Below, piece by piece: positions 11,011 to 21,757 of a stretch of 63,067 nucleotides of DNA. Each line of letters opens with the position of its first letter. Within the stretch, counting starts at the first letter, position 1. Source of the DNA: Actinomycetota bacterium. Lineage in GTDB: Bacteria; Actinomycetota; Actinomycetes; S36-B12. A program made the translations under genes and the position numbers. The stretch lies in NCBI GenBank assembly GCA_017857875.1, contig JAFMCH010000004.1, positions 1 through 63,067 on the forward strand, read 5' to 3'. The notes below the pieces were generated by a model. That model saw only the letters and a program-made list of their open reading frames with translations, searched no databases and was not told where the DNA came from.

Positions 11011-11643
11011 TCATAATGTGCCAATCCAGTTGGCCAGGAGCACCGCACCTGCCTGCGCGGACTTTTCCGGATGAAACTGAGTGGCCCACAGCGGGCCGTT
11101 TTCGACCGCCGACACAAACGGTGCTTCGTAGGTGGTCCATGTCACAGCCGGCTGCGGTCCATAGGGATTGGGCGGTAGCACCCAATCCAAAGCGGCGTAG
11201 GAATGCACGAAGTAGAAGCGCGCGTCATGGACTCCGGCAAACATCAGCGAAGATTCCGGTGCGGACACCGTATTCCATCCCATATGCGGCACGACCCGTG
11301 CCGGCAGACGCTGCACGGTGCCGGGCCATTGGCCAAGACCCTCGGTCGTGACCTCATGTTCAACGCCCCATTCAAACAGCACCTGCATCCCCACGCAGAT
11401 TCCGAGAACTGGACGGTCTCCGGTCAACCGCTGATCAATAATCTGTGGCGCCTGAACCCCCCTGAGCCCTTCCATGCACGCGGCAAATGCGCCTACTCCA
11501 GGAACAACAAGGCCATCCGCGTTGAGCGCTGCTTGGCGATCATGCGATACCTCAACGGTGGCGCCGGCACGTTCAATGGCTCGGCTGGCTGAACGCACAT
11601 TGCCCGAGCCATAGTCCAAAACGACGACTCGCGGTTTGGTCAC
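11011..11643 (-). CDS. hisH: Imidazole glycerol phosphate synthase amidotransferase subunit
   Basis: [37 protein letters not shown]; start at 11643 (GTGA overlap) or 11655. Confidence 0.96.
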   Translation of the reverse strand: MTKPRVVVLDYGSGNVRSASRAIERAGATVEVSHDRQAALNADGLVVPGVGAFAACMEGLRGVQAPQIIDQRLTGDRPVLGICVGMQVLFEWGVEHEVTTEGLGQWPGTVQRLPARVVPHMGWNTVSAPESSLMFAGVHDARFYFVHSYAALDWVLPPNPYGPQPAVTWTTYEAPFVSAVENGPLWATQFHPEKSAQAGAVLLANWIGTL

Positions 11644-11801
11644 GCGGGGTTCCACGCATACAAAGCTCCGGCAATCAAGGACATCGCTGATAGCACGATA
11701 AAAATGATCATCGTCGTGCGTTTGCCCTGAGAGTAGAAGGAATAGGCACCACCCCCGAGGAAAGCGCCCAGACCCAACAACAGAATGGGTAGCCAGTTCA
11801 C
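11640..11801 (-). CDS. Small two-helix membrane protein of the hisB-hisH interval
   Basis: [53 protein letters not shown] (53 aa); resembles the small protein I recall at this position in Streptomyces-type his operons. Confidence 0.75.
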   Translation of the reverse strand: MNWLPILLLGLGAFLGGGAYSFYSQGKRTTMIIFIVLSAMSLIAGALYAWNPA

Positions 11802-11814
11802 CGCTAAGGCCTCA

Positions 11815-12423
11815 CTACTCGACCGACTCACGCGATGACAACGTTCCCTTTGTGGAGGGAACACCGTGCACGCGAGGGTCAAGCGCCACTGCGTCGCGAA
11901 GGGCTCGGGCAAAGGACTTGAACTGCGCTTCTACGACGTGGTGGGCATTGCGTCCACTAATCACCCGAATGTGCAACGTGATTTGAGCCGTGGCAACAAA
12001 GGATTCGAAAATGTGTCGGGTCAAGGTGGTGTCGTAACTTCCGATCAATTCGACAATCTCGGGTTCCTCGTGCACCAGGTAGGGCCGTCCCGACAAGTCG
12101 ACAGCGCACTGGGACAAGGTTTCATCCAGCGGCACCAGGGCATCTCCGTACCGGCGTGTGCCCGCAGCATCGCCGAGGGCTTCTCGAAAAGCGGCGCCCA
12201 CGGCCAAGGACGTGTCTTCGACGGTGTGATGGGCATCTACTTCGAGGTCTCCAACGGTGCTAATACTCAAATCGAATCCACCGTGCTTGCCGAGTTGGGC
12301 CAACATGTGATCGAAAAAGGGCACACCGGTCGACACCTCGCACTGCCCCGTGCCATCCAGGTCAATCGACACGTTGACGCTGCTTTCCTTTGTCGCTCGT
12401 TCGACCCGACCCACTCGACTCAT
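11815..12423 (-). CDS. hisB: Imidazoleglycerol-phosphate dehydratase
   Basis: TGVPFFDHML, DAHHTVED, NAHHVVEAQFK, VPSTKGTL. Confidence 0.97.
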   Translation of the reverse strand: MSRVGRVERATKESSVNVSIDLDGTGQCEVSTGVPFFDHMLAQLGKHGGFDLSISTVGDLEVDAHHTVEDTSLAVGAAFREALGDAAGTRRYGDALVPLDETLSQCAVDLSGRPYLVHEEPEIVELIGSYDTTLTRHIFESFVATAQITLHIRVISGRNAHHVVEAQFKSFARALRDAVALDPRVHGVPSTKGTLSSRESVE

Positions 12424-12470
12424 GTCTGCGTCCTCACCTTCACGGTTTCATTCACCTGTCGCTACATGCC

Positions 12471-13610
12471 TCAGGTTGGCGTAGTGCCGTGGGAAATCAT
12501 GCCCGATGCTCCCCTTGCCAGAAGCAGGGCCTCGCGGAAGATCTCGTTCTGCGCAGCCGTGCCAATGCTGACACGCAACCATCCGGGCGGACCGCTCTCG
12601 CGGATAAGCACGCCGTGATCAAGCAATGCCTGCCACACAGCATGGGAATCGTCGAAGCATCCGAAGAGGATGAAGTTGGCATCGGAGTCCAACGCGGTAA
12701 ATCCGTTGTCACGCAGCCACACCAACAGTGCATCACGTTCCGTTCTCAGATCGCTGACCCGTCCGAGAAGTTCGTCGCTGTGTTCGAGGGCCACCTGCGC
12801 TATCACCTGGCTCAACTGCGAGAGGTGGTAGGGCAAGCGGACTAACTGCAATGCCTCAATCACCCGCGGATGTCCAACTGCGTATCCCAGACGTCCGCCG
12901 GCGAAGGCAAACGCCTTACTCATCGTGCGAGTCACAATCAGGTGCCGATACTTGGTGAGCAATGAAACTGCACTCGGCGTACCTTGACGACGGAACTCCG
13001 CGTACGCCTCGTCAACGACAACGATCGCGTCGGTCGCAGCGCATACTGTTTCGATAAATCGAAGTGGAACGGACGTGCCCGTCGGGTTATTGGGCGAGGT
13101 CAACACCACCAGCGACGGACGCTGATTGCCGATCGCCGAAGCGGCCTGATCAGCATCTAGCGAGAAGTTCGCTTGTCGCGCCACCTCGATGAATCCGGTG
13201 TGCGAATCCCTCGCATATTGCCCATACATGGAGTACGTAGGCGTGAATGTCAACGCGGTTCGACCTGGACCCCCGAAGGCGCTGAAGATTTGCGCCATGA
13301 CCTCGTTCGAGCCGTTGGCTGCCCACACATTGTCGGCCGATACTGCGGTATGAGACTCCCGCGTCACATAGGCCGCGAGTGCCTGTCGTAATTCCCGCGC
13401 ATCTCGATCGGGATAGCGATGAAGACTCAGCGCAGCGCTAGCTACTGCAGCCCCCATCGCCTGAGCAAGTTCCGGGGACGGCCCATAGGGATTCTCATTT
13501 GTATTGAGTCGGACCGGTACGTCGATTTGCGGTGCCCCATAGGGCGTTTCATGCAGCAGGTCATCGCGTACCGGCGGCCATTGCTCCGCCGATGCCTCAG
13601 GTATCGGCAC
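12471..13610 (-). CDS. hisC: Histidinol-phosphate aminotransferase
   Basis: [50 protein letters not shown]; start at GTG 13610 (track ORF over-extended into hisD). Confidence 0.95.
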   Translation of the reverse strand: MPIPEASAEQWPPVRDDLLHETPYGAPQIDVPVRLNTNENPYGPSPELAQAMGAAVASAALSLHRYPDRDARELRQALAAYVTRESHTAVSADNVWAANGSNEVMAQIFSAFGGPGRTALTFTPTYSMYGQYARDSHTGFIEVARQANFSLDADQAASAIGNQRPSLVVLTSPNNPTGTSVPLRFIETVCAATDAIVVVDEAYAEFRRQGTPSAVSLLTKYRHLIVTRTMSKAFAFAGGRLGYAVGHPRVIEALQLVRLPYHLSQLSQVIAQVALEHSDELLGRVSDLRTERDALLVWLRDNGFTALDSDANFILFGCFDDSHAVWQALLDHGVLIRESGPPGWLRVSIGTAAQNEIFREALLLARGASGMISHGTTPT

Positions 13611-14961
13611 GCTGCGCTCGACGAATGGTGATGGCTTCGGCGTGACCGGGAAGATCCTCCGCCCATGCCAATGCCACGACGTGATCGGCAACATCCGCGA
13701 GAGCATGCTCGTCGTAGTCAACGATATGAATACCTCGCAGGAACGTTTGCACGGACAACCCTGAGGAGTGCGTCGCCGATCCGCCAGTGGGAAGCACGTG
13801 ATTGGAGCCTGCGCAGTAGTCGCCAAGTGACACCGGCGCATAACCACCCACAAAAATTGCGCCGGCATTGCGCACTCGCATCGCAACTTCCCTTGCATCA
13901 CGGGTGTGGATTTCCAGGTGCTCTGCCGCATAGGCGTCAACGACGGCCAAGCCAGCACTGAGATCGTCCACGAGAACAATTCCGCTCTGCTTACCGTTGA
14001 GGGCCTCGGTGATGCGTTCCACATGCTTAGTCTTCGCCAGTTGCTCGCGCACTTGAGCCTCTACCGCCGTCGCGAGGCTCTCCGACGTGGTCACCAAAAC
14101 AGCCGCCGCAACGACGTCATGCTCTGCCTGGCTGATCAAATCGGCCGCAACGAAGGAGGCGTCGGCGGAATCATCAGCCAGGATCGCGACCTCGGTTGGA
14201 CCGGCTTCGCTATCAATTGCAATGACACCTTTGAGTAACCGTTTGGCCGCGGTCACCCAAATATTGCCCGGGCCGGTCACCATGTCGACCGGGTCACATC
14301 GGCGTGGCGAGCCGGCGGGGCTCGACGGATCGTCGTCTTGGTCCAGGTCCACCCCGTAGGCCAGCATCGCTACGGCCTGCGCGCCTCCGACGGAATACAC
14401 CTCATCAATGCCCAGCAGGCCGCATGTGGCCAAGATCGTCGGGTGGGGCAAATTGCCAAAGTCCCGCTGCGGCGGCGACACGACACACAAGGAGGCAACC
14501 CCGGCGATCTGCGCCGGCACCACATTCATGATGACGCTGCTGGGATAGACCGCCCGTCCGCCGGGAACATAGAGGCCCACGCGAGCCATCGGCAACCAGC
14601 GCTCGGTCACGGTTCCACCGGGGACCACGATCGTGGTTGTGTCGACGCGCCGCTGGTCGGTGTGCACCATCCGCACCCGTCGAATTGCTTCCAGTAGCGC
14701 CGCACGTACCTGGGGATCCAGCGCAGCCACGGCGTCATCAATCGCAGCAGCCGGCACCCGAAGTGAGGCTGGTCGCGCCCCATCAAAGGTTTCAGTCCAA
14801 TCCAAGACAGCAGCCGCACCACGCTGCTTCACATCAGCGACGACGGGGGCAACCTTGGTTGTGGCTTGTTCGACATCCATCGCGGCGCGCGGGAGCACCG
14901 ATTGAAGGTTTCCGGCAACCCCGCGCACGTCTACTCCTCGCAGATCTATGTGGCGCAGCAT
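13597..14961 (-). CDS. hisD: Histidinol dehydrogenase
   Basis: [55 protein letters not shown]. Confidence 0.97.
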   Translation of the reverse strand: MLRHIDLRGVDVRGVAGNLQSVLPRAAMDVEQATTKVAPVVADVKQRGAAAVLDWTETFDGARPASLRVPAAAIDDAVAALDPQVRAALLEAIRRVRMVHTDQRRVDTTTIVVPGGTVTERWLPMARVGLYVPGGRAVYPSSVIMNVVPAQIAGVASLCVVSPPQRDFGNLPHPTILATCGLLGIDEVYSVGGAQAVAMLAYGVDLDQDDDPSSPAGSPRRCDPVDMVTGPGNIWVTAAKRLLKGVIAIDSEAGPTEVAILADDSADASFVAADLISQAEHDVVAAAVLVTTSESLATAVEAQVREQLAKTKHVERITEALNGKQSGIVLVDDLSAGLAVVDAYAAEHLEIHTRDAREVAMRVRNAGAIFVGGYAPVSLGDYCAGSNHVLPTGGSATHSSGLSVQTFLRGIHIVDYDEHALADVADHVVALAWAEDLPGHAEAITIRRAQRADT

Positions 14962-14968
14962 GGAACAC

Positions 14969-14984
14969 AGTCTAGGTCTAGCCT
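14969..14984. promoter_or_regulatory. Back-to-back -10 hexamers for leaderless hisD (-) and LON-domain gene (+)
   Basis: TAGACT on minus strand 7 nt before hisD ATG; TAGCCT on plus strand 6 nt before GTG 14991; whole intergenic gap is 29 bp. Confidence 0.6.
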
Positions 14985-14990
14985 GGCAAC

Positions 14991-15674
14991 GTGCCGAACA
15001 GCGAGACTCCCGACCAACGAACCCTGCCGGTGTTTCCGCTGGGTTCTGTGCTCGTGCCGGGCCTGGTCATGCCCCTGCACATCTTCGAGCCTCGATATCG
15101 GCAACTGGTGGAGGATCTGCTAACACTGCCGGAGGAGGAGCGCGATTTCGTGATCGTGGCCATTCGGGACGGGCATGAGGTGGGCGCCGCGGGCATTCGA
15201 ACCCTGCATCAGGTCGGCACCGTCGCTTCATTGCGCGAGGTCGATCCCCATGATGACGGCCGATTCGACATTGTCACGGTTGGCACCGACCGGGTACACA
15301 TTGATGAGGTGATTGATGACAGCCCCTACCTGCGAGCGACCGTTTCGACCCTGCCCGAAGATCCCGGCGACGCGGCCGAATTCGTGGCACAACAGGTGCG
15401 GCAGGCCTTTGCCAGGTACCGCGGTTCGCTAGCGGGTGATGCAGATGATGACGAAGGAAGTGACCTACCCGATGATCCCGGCGTCTTGTCCTATCTCGTG
15501 GCAGCGGCGATGGTTGTTGATCTAGCCGACCGGCAAGCATTTCTTGAAGTTCCTACCGACACGCAACGCCTTCGTCAGCAGTTGCGAACACTGCGTCGCG
15601 AAGCAGCGTTGATTGCCGCTATTCCGTCTCTTCCCGCGGTCGATTTGCGCTCCGCGTCGGTGTCACTCAACTAG
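14991..15674 (+). CDS. LON peptidase substrate-binding (N-terminal) domain protein
   Basis: [39 protein letters not shown]; no ATPase or protease domain. Confidence 0.88.
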   Translation: MPNSETPDQRTLPVFPLGSVLVPGLVMPLHIFEPRYRQLVEDLLTLPEEERDFVIVAIRDGHEVGAAGIRTLHQVGTVASLREVDPHDDGRFDIVTVGTDRVHIDEVIDDSPYLRATVSTLPEDPGDAAEFVAQQVRQAFARYRGSLAGDADDDEGSDLPDDPGVLSYLVAAAMVVDLADRQAFLEVPTDTQRLRQQLRTLRREAALIAAIPSLPAVDLRSASVSLN

Positions 15675-15677
15675 CCC

Positions 15678-16169
15678 ATGGCCCACCGCCCACCGAGCGC
15701 GACGCCGGCACTCCGCATCTGCGAGGCAGCCGGCATTTCCTATGAGGTACATACCTATGCTCATCAGCCCGGCATGTCTGGCTACGGCACACAGGCCGCA
15801 CAAGCCCTGGGTGTCTCCACCGACCAACTGTTTAAGACGCTGATCGTCGATGTCGATGGTGAAGCGGTCTGCGTCGTTGTACCGGTCAGTCACCAGGCAG
15901 CGATGAAAGCAATTGCCAGCGCCCACGCAGGCAAACATGCCGAACTCGTTGCTGCCTCGCGCGCTGAACGCTTGACCGGGTATGTGCTGGGCGCCGTGTC
16001 TCCACTCGGCCAACGCACGACACTGCCCACGTATCTCGATCAAAGCGCGATGAACCTGCCGACCATCTACGTGTCCGCTGGCAAACGCGGCAGGCAGGTG
16101 CAACTTGATCCGATGGATCTACACCGGTTGACGCATGCGGTCATCGCTCCGCTGACGAGCCCGTCGTGA
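15678..16169 (+). CDS. ybaK: Cys-tRNA(Pro) deacylase YbaK
   Basis: TPALRICEAAGISYEVH, LFKTL, TGYVLGAVSPLGQR, IYVSAGKRG. Confidence 0.9.
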   Translation: MAHRPPSATPALRICEAAGISYEVHTYAHQPGMSGYGTQAAQALGVSTDQLFKTLIVDVDGEAVCVVVPVSHQAAMKAIASAHAGKHAELVAASRAERLTGYVLGAVSPLGQRTTLPTYLDQSAMNLPTIYVSAGKRGRQVQLDPMDLHRLTHAVIAPLTSPS

Positions 16170-16667
16170 TCGACTCATTCCCCAGTCAATAAAACCAAAT
16201 CCGGCTAGAACGATGCTCGTTGCCAGTGGCCACAGCACCAGCACACCGGTCATGCGCAATTGCAGACCACTCGTGACTTGCTCACCATCGGCCGCCAGGG
16301 AAATCGCAGCCGATAGATCAACCGCACCCAACTGGCCACCGACCCACCACAACACGACCGCCCCAAGGACACCGGACAGTAGCGCCCACGCCACAACTGT
16401 CGGTGCCGCGGCACTCACCCGACGCTGGTGACATACGACGAGGACGATCGCGGCAACAATGACGCCCGCTATCGCGCAGAGCAACGCGGCGACGACGTCG
16501 TCGGCGATAAATCCAGACGGTTGATATTCCGCTGGGTAGGTCTGTCCGGAGTAAACATCAAGAATCACCCGGGGCGCGAGCAAGAACCACACCACACCAC
16601 CAAGTGCCCCGAGTCCTGCGCTGAGCGCCACGACGCCCGTGATGTCACGGCGACTCAGGCCAAGCAT
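16119..16667 (-). CDS. Four-helix membrane protein (DUF2567-like)
   Basis: Hydrophobic segments, GGVVWFLLAPR and FIADD motifs; directly after dnaE; family call from memory. Confidence 0.62.
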   Translation of the reverse strand: MLGLSRRDITGVVALSAGLGALGGVVWFLLAPRVILDVYSGQTYPAEYQPSGFIADDVVAALLCAIAGVIVAAIVLVVCHQRRVSAAAPTVVAWALLSGVLGAVVLWWVGGQLGAVDLSAAISLAADGEQVTSGLQLRMTGVLVLWPLATSIVLAGFGFIDWGMSRSRRARQRSDDRMRQPV

Positions 16668-19600
16668 GACGGACCCAGCAGCGCCTTGAGATCGCCATAC
16701 AGCGCCGGTGCAGGAGTCACCCGAAGTCGATCATCCAAACGCATGACGGTTGTCTTGCCCTGGGAGGTCAGGTGCAGTTGTACCTCCGTCACGCCCGGGT
16801 GTTCAGACAAGATCGCCTTGAGGCGCTCAACAATAGGCGGCGTACAGCGTGCCGCAGGCATCATCAGCCGTACGGGTCCAGCAGGAGCTTCAGATAGGTC
16901 TGGTGCCGTGATCTCCATGGCCACAAGCCGCGGCGAGTCGTCATCAGGTCGATCGATGCGTCCTCGAACAAACACGACGGCGTCTTCGGCAATCATGGTT
17001 GCGACCGCCTGGTACGTCTGCGGAAACACCATGACTTCGATCGCACCCTCAAGGTCCTCGAGGGTAACGATCGCCCAGGTCGAACCCTGCTTGGTTGTCT
17101 TGCGCGCGATGCCGGTGACCAGCCCACCGATCGTGATGATCTGGTTGTCTGGGCGCTCATCGTTGCCAATACGCGCGATTGAGCAGTCAGTTCCTGATGC
17201 CAAAACCTGCTCGAGGCCGTACAACGGGTGATCAGATACATACAGCCCCAGCATCTCTCGTTCAAAGGACAACAAAATCGCTTTGTCCCACTCGCTAATC
17301 GGGATCGAGGGGTTGAGCGACAAGCCCGAGTCGACCGCCTGATCTCCCATGCCACCAAACAAATCGAACTGCCCGACGGCCTCGGCTCGTTTGAGTTCGG
17401 TTGCCGCATCAATCATCTGCTCGTGAACGGCCATCAGGCCACGCCGAGTGTGCCCCAGACTGTCGAACGCCCCCGCCTTGATGAGGCTCTCCACCAGACG
17501 CTTATTGCACACCGAGATCTCAACCTTGTCAACGAAGTCAGTGAAGTCGGCGAAGCGACCTTTACTGGTGCGGGTGGCGATCAGCGAGTCAACAACCTGG
17601 GCCCCGACATTGCGAATTGCCGTCAAACCAAAACGAATGTCTCCGCCGCGAGGCGTGAAGTTGTTGTCGGATTCGTTGACATCGGGCGGGAGCACCTTGA
17701 TGCCCATCCGACGACACTCATTGAGATAAATCGCCATTTTGTCCTTATCATCCTGAACACTGGTCAGCAACGCTGCCATGTATTCGGGAGCAAAATTCGC
17801 CTTGAGGTATGCCGTCCAGTACGACACCAGCCCGTAGCCAGCGGTGTGGGCCTTGTTGAAGGCGTAGTCGGAAAACGGAACCAGGATCTCCCACAATTTC
17901 GTGATCGCAGATTCACCAAAGCCATTCGCTCGCATGCCATCGGCGAAAGGCACGAATTCCTGTTCGAGAATTTCCTTCTTCTTCTTGCCCATCGCGCGCC
18001 GCAGGAGGTCGGCTTTGCCCAACGAATAGCCAGCCAATTGCTGCGCTATTGCCATGACCTGTTCTTGATAAACAATCAAGCCGTAAGTGTCGCCGAGGAT
18101 TTCGGCGAGCGGCTCAGCTAATTCCGGATGGATCGGAACTACCGGCTTGCGCCCGTTCTTTCGATCGGCGTAGTCGTTGTGCGCATTGGCGCCCATCGGA
18201 CCAGGACGGTAAAGGGCGAGCACCGCCGAAATGTCTTCAAAGTTGTCTGGCTGCATCGATCGCAGCAGAGCCCGCATTGGGCCGCCATCGAGTTGGAAAA
18301 CGCCGAGGGTGTCTCCGCGACTCAGCAATTCATATGCGGCTCGATCGTCAAGGGTGAGTGTCTCCAACACGACGGTTTCACTGCGATTGGTGTCAATGTT
18401 ATCGAGACAATCGTCCAGAACCGTGAGGTTGCGCAAGCCCAAGAAATCCATTTTCAACAGGCCGAGCGATTCACACGCCCCCATGTCGAACTGGGTGATG
18501 ATGGCGCCGTCTTGATCGCGACGCCACAGCGGAATCACATCGAGGAGCGGTTCGCGGCACAAGATCACACCGGCAGCATGAACCCCAGGCTGACGCTTGA
18601 GCCCTTCGAGGCCACGAGCGGTGTCGACTACCTTCTGTACATCTGCGTCGGTTTCATAGAGGGATCGAAACTCGGTCGCTTCCTTGTAGCGGGTGTGTGT
18701 CGTGTCGAACACTCCGGCAAGCGGAATGTCTTTGCCCATCACCGCCGGTGGCAACGCCTTGGTGATCCGGTCGCCCAGAGCGTAGGGATAGCCCAGCACG
18801 CGCGCGGCATCCTTGACGGCAGCCTTGGCTTTGATGGAGCCGAATGTCACAATCTGCGCCACGCGTTCCTCACCGTATTTCTCCGTGGCGTAACGAATCA
18901 TGTCGCCGCGGCGACGCTCATCGAAGTCGATGTCGATATCAGGCATCGAAATTCGTTCGGGATTCAAGAAACGTTCGAAGAGCAACCCGTGTTCGAGAGG
19001 ATCAAGATCGGTGATGCCCAACGCATAGGCGATCATGGCGCCGGCTGCTGAGCCGCGACCAGGGCCGACTCGGATCCCACTGTCTCGTGCGTGGCGGACC
19101 AGGTCAGCGACGACCAAAAAGTACCCGGGAAAGCCCATCTGGGCGATGACCCCGAGCTCGTACTCAGCCTGAGTGCGTACGTGAGCGGGCACAACTGCGC
19201 CATAACGCTTGACCAAGCCGCGCTCGACCTCTGCGACCAGCCACGATTCCTCAGATTCGCCCTCAGGCACCGGGAATTGCGGCATGAGATCTGCGCCTTC
19301 ATTGAAGTGCACGTCACAGCGTTCAGCAATGAGCAGTGTGTTGTCGCACGCCTCGGGCAATTCCCGCCACAGATGGCGCATTTCCTCTGCTGACTTGAGA
19401 TAGAAGTCACGGGCATCGAACCTGAAACGATTTGGGTCATCCATCGTGGTGCGGGTACCGATGCACAACAGCACATCATGGGCAGCAGCATCAGCGGCGT
19501 GCACGTAATGCAGATCATTTGTGGCCAGTAAGGGCAGGTCTAGGGCCCGGGCTAGTCGCAGCAGATCATCACGAAACCGCTGCTCAATCGCTAAGCCGTG

Positions 19601-20191
19601 GTCCATCAATTCGCAGAAGTAATTGCCCTGCCCCAAAATGTCGCGCATATCGGCTGCGGTCGCCAACGCCTGGTCATATTTACCCGCCTGAAGCCACCGG
19701 TTCACTTCTCCGCTCGGGCATCCGGTGGTGCCGATGATGCCCGCACCATGGGTCTCAAGCACTTCGCGATCAAACCGAGGTTTGTGGTAGTACCCCTCAA
19801 GACTGGCCAGTGAACTGATCCGAAAAAGATTGTGCATACCTTGGGTGTTTTCAGCCAGCAGTGTCATGTGCGTGTAATTCTGCGCGCCACGACCGGCTGT
19901 GGGATCTTCTTGATTGCCCTCATCGAAGCCACCACCGAAGTCAAAGCGGCTGCGTTGGAATCGCCCCTGGGGAGCGTAGTAACCCTCCAGCCCAATGATC
20001 GGCTTGATTCCCGCCTTGGCAGCTGCCTTGTAGAAGTCAAACGCACCGAAAACGTTGCCGTGATCAGTCATGGCAATGGCCGGCATTTCCAGCCGGGCCG
20101 CCTCAGCCATGAGATCAGGCAGGCGGCTGGCCCCATCCAGCATGGAGTACTCGGTGTGCACATGTAGATGGACGAAGCCCGAGCCACTCAC
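16655..20191 (-). CDS. dnaE: DNA polymerase III alpha subunit
   Basis: FVHLHVHTEYSMLDG PHP domain, GRGSAAG, PDIDIDF, KMDFLGLRNL, YAFNKAH, OB fold; no intein seen. Confidence 0.98.
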   Translation of the reverse strand: MSGSGFVHLHVHTEYSMLDGASRLPDLMAEAARLEMPAIAMTDHGNVFGAFDFYKAAAKAGIKPIIGLEGYYAPQGRFQRSRFDFGGGFDEGNQEDPTAGRGAQNYTHMTLLAENTQGMHNLFRISSLASLEGYYHKPRFDREVLETHGAGIIGTTGCPSGEVNRWLQAGKYDQALATAADMRDILGQGNYFCELMDHGLAIEQRFRDDLLRLARALDLPLLATNDLHYVHAADAAAHDVLLCIGTRTTMDDPNRFRFDARDFYLKSAEEMRHLWRELPEACDNTLLIAERCDVHFNEGADLMPQFPVPEGESEESWLVAEVERGLVKRYGAVVPAHVRTQAEYELGVIAQMGFPGYFLVVADLVRHARDSGIRVGPGRGSAAGAMIAYALGITDLDPLEHGLLFERFLNPERISMPDIDIDFDERRRGDMIRYATEKYGEERVAQIVTFGSIKAKAAVKDAARVLGYPYALGDRITKALPPAVMGKDIPLAGVFDTTHTRYKEATEFRSLYETDADVQKVVDTARGLEGLKRQPGVHAAGVILCREPLLDVIPLWRRDQDGAIITQFDMGACESLGLLKMDFLGLRNLTVLDDCLDNIDTNRSETVVLETLTLDDRAAYELLSRGDTLGVFQLDGGPMRALLRSMQPDNFEDISAVLALYRPGPMGANAHNDYADRKNGRKPVVPIHPELAEPLAEILGDTYGLIVYQEQVMAIAQQLAGYSLGKADLLRRAMGKKKKEILEQEFVPFADGMRANGFGESAITKLWEILVPFSDYAFNKAHTAGYGLVSYWTAYLKANFAPEYMAALLTSVQDDKDKMAIYLNECRRMGIKVLPPDVNESDNNFTPRGGDIRFGLTAIRNVGAQVVDSLIATRTSKGRFADFTDFVDKVEISVCNKRLVESLIKAGAFDSLGHTRRGLMAVHEQMIDAATELKRAEAVGQFDLFGGMGDQAVDSGLSLNPSIPISEWDKAILLSFEREMLGLYVSDHPLYGLEQVLASGTDCSIARIGNDERPDNQIITIGGLVTGIARKTTKQGSTWAIVTLEDLEGAIEVMVFPQTYQAVATMIAEDAVVFVRGRIDRPDDDSPRLVAMEITAPDLSEAPAGPVRLMMPAARCTPPIVERLKAILSEHPGVTEVQLHLTSQGKTTVMRLDDRLRVTPAPALYGDLKALLGPSCLA

Positions 20192-20266
20192 CCGGCCGAT
20201 CTTAGTGGCCGGTCGAACAGGTGCTCGGGCGCGACCCGAGGTCGAATCAGGAAATCCCGACCGGCG

Positions 20267-21193
20267 CTATGGGGTGTGCAATCGTGCCAGGGCGATGACC
20301 ATGTCGCGCGGGTCGTCGCTGGTGAGCCTGACCCGCTCACCGGATGCCGGATGTGTGAAGGCCAACTCACCCGCGTGTAGGGCCTGACGGTCTAGACCCA
20401 GACGCTTCGAAAGCGTCGGGTCCGCCCCATATGTCGTATCACCCACACATGGATGCTTCATCGCTGCCATGTGAACACGAATCTGATGGGTCCGCCCGGT
20501 TTCTAGGTTAATGCGCAAGTAACTCGCATGCGGGAAGGCTTCTTGGGTGTCGTAGTGGGTAATGCTGGGGCGACCTCCGGTAACCACCGCCATGCGCCAA
20601 TCGCTCCGCGGATGACGGCCAATGGGTGCATCAATGGTGCCACTCAGGGGGTCAGGGTGACCTTGCACGAGCGCTCGATAGACCTTGTCGACGGTGCGGT
20701 CGCGGAACTGCTCCTTGAGGGCCGAATATGCTCGATCCGATTTCGCCACCATCATCAAGCCAGTGGTACCCACATCAAGGCGATGGACAATGCCCTGACG
20801 TTCGGCGGCCCCGGCGGATGCTAGTTGGTGTCCGGTCGCCAGCAAACCGCCAACCACCGTGGGCCCACTCCAACCAGGGCTTGGGTGGGCTGCGACACCT
20901 GCCGGTTTGTTGACGACAACGACCTCATCGTCTTCGAACACGATGCTCATACCTAGCACCGGCTCAGGATTAGCCAAAACAGACGGCGCCGGCTCATCAA
21001 GACTCACGTCGAGCCACTGGCCTTCATGAACGCGGTCGCCTTTAGCTGCGGCATGACCATCAAGCTCGACGGCGCCGCTGGCCACCATATCGGCAGCCTT
21101 AGTTCGCGATAGCCCCAAGAGTCGCGCCAATGCCACATCAATGCGTTCACCCGCCAGGCCTTCGGGTACCGCCAGGGATCTGGAATCAGGCAC
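20267..21193 (-). CDS. RluA-family pseudouridine synthase (RluD-like, S4 domain)
   Basis: S4 region [44 protein letters not shown]; start approximate. Confidence 0.93.
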   Translation of the reverse strand: MPDSRSLAVPEGLAGERIDVALARLLGLSRTKAADMVASGAVELDGHAAAKGDRVHEGQWLDVSLDEPAPSVLANPEPVLGMSIVFEDDEVVVVNKPAGVAAHPSPGWSGPTVVGGLLATGHQLASAGAAERQGIVHRLDVGTTGLMMVAKSDRAYSALKEQFRDRTVDKVYRALVQGHPDPLSGTIDAPIGRHPRSDWRMAVVTGGRPSITHYDTQEAFPHASYLRINLETGRTHQIRVHMAAMKHPCVGDTTYGADPTLSKRLGLDRQALHAGELAFTHPASGERVRLTSDDPRDMVIALARLHTP

Positions 21194-21704
21194 GGGCACG
21201 GCCGGCAAATTCAACGCCCCGCAGCGTCAGCACAATCATCAGCACCGCCGAGCAGGTGATTGCCATGTCGGCAACGTTAAAGACAGGAAAGTTCGGCAGT
21301 GCGATGAAGTCGACGACATATCCCTGCCCGGGGCCGGGATCGCGAACAAGCCGATCAATCAAATTGCCGACCGCCCCGCCAAGCAGTCCACCCAAAGCCA
21401 CCGCCCACGCCTTGCTGCCTAGATTTCGCGATGTCCGGACGATCACGATCGCGACGACAATAGCGATCGCGGTGAAAATCCAGGTGAAGCCAGTGCCAAT
21501 ACCAAAGGCGGCACCGGTGTTTTCGGCGTACAGCAGGCGAAGCCAGGAACCTATGATCTCCACCGGCGGTTGACCCATGAGCCACTCCACCGCCATGGCC
21601 TTAGTGATCTGGTCGATAACGACAATCGCCGCCGCGACCCCCACAACCATCCACAGCAGTGGCCTCGACCGAGTGTCAGGAACAATCACCACTTCGTCGG
21701 CCAC
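21186..21704 (-). CDS. lspA: Lipoprotein signal peptidase
   Basis: [35 protein letters not shown]. Confidence 0.95.
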   Translation of the reverse strand: MADEVVIVPDTRSRPLLWMVVGVAAAIVVIDQITKAMAVEWLMGQPPVEIIGSWLRLLYAENTGAAFGIGTGFTWIFTAIAIVVAIVIVRTSRNLGSKAWAVALGGLLGGAVGNLIDRLVRDPGPGQGYVVDFIALPNFPVFNVADMAITCSAVLMIVLTLRGVEFAGRARA

Positions 21705-21726
21705 CCCAACAGGCTACGGGGTGGCC
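21699..21726 (-). terminator. 9-bp GC hairpin after dksA-like gene, containing the lspA start codon
   Basis: GGCCACCCC-GTAGCCTGTT-GGGGTGGCC; no U-tract; GTG start lies in the 3' arm. Confidence 0.5.
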
Positions 21727-21757
21727 GGGGGTTATGGCGACAACGGGAGCCGACTGA

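Noticed and set aside
12471-14024. 517-aa hisC with a long N-terminal extension
   Set aside because: The extension is an alternative frame inside hisD; homology begins near GTG 13610. The same applies to the track starts for coaD, murD, murE, sqr and the Trp membrane gene.
14962-14990. His leader peptide or attenuator
   Set aside because: Only 29 bp precede hisD, with no His-codon run or alternative hairpins.
16428-19051. Long plus-strand ORFs of 267, 297 and 307 aa
   Set aside because: Antisense shadows of dnaE, expected from high-GC codon bias; no motifs or start signals.
16655-20191. Intein in dnaE or other core genes
   Set aside because: Lengths are normal and no splicing or homing-endonuclease motifs interrupt the conserved blocks.
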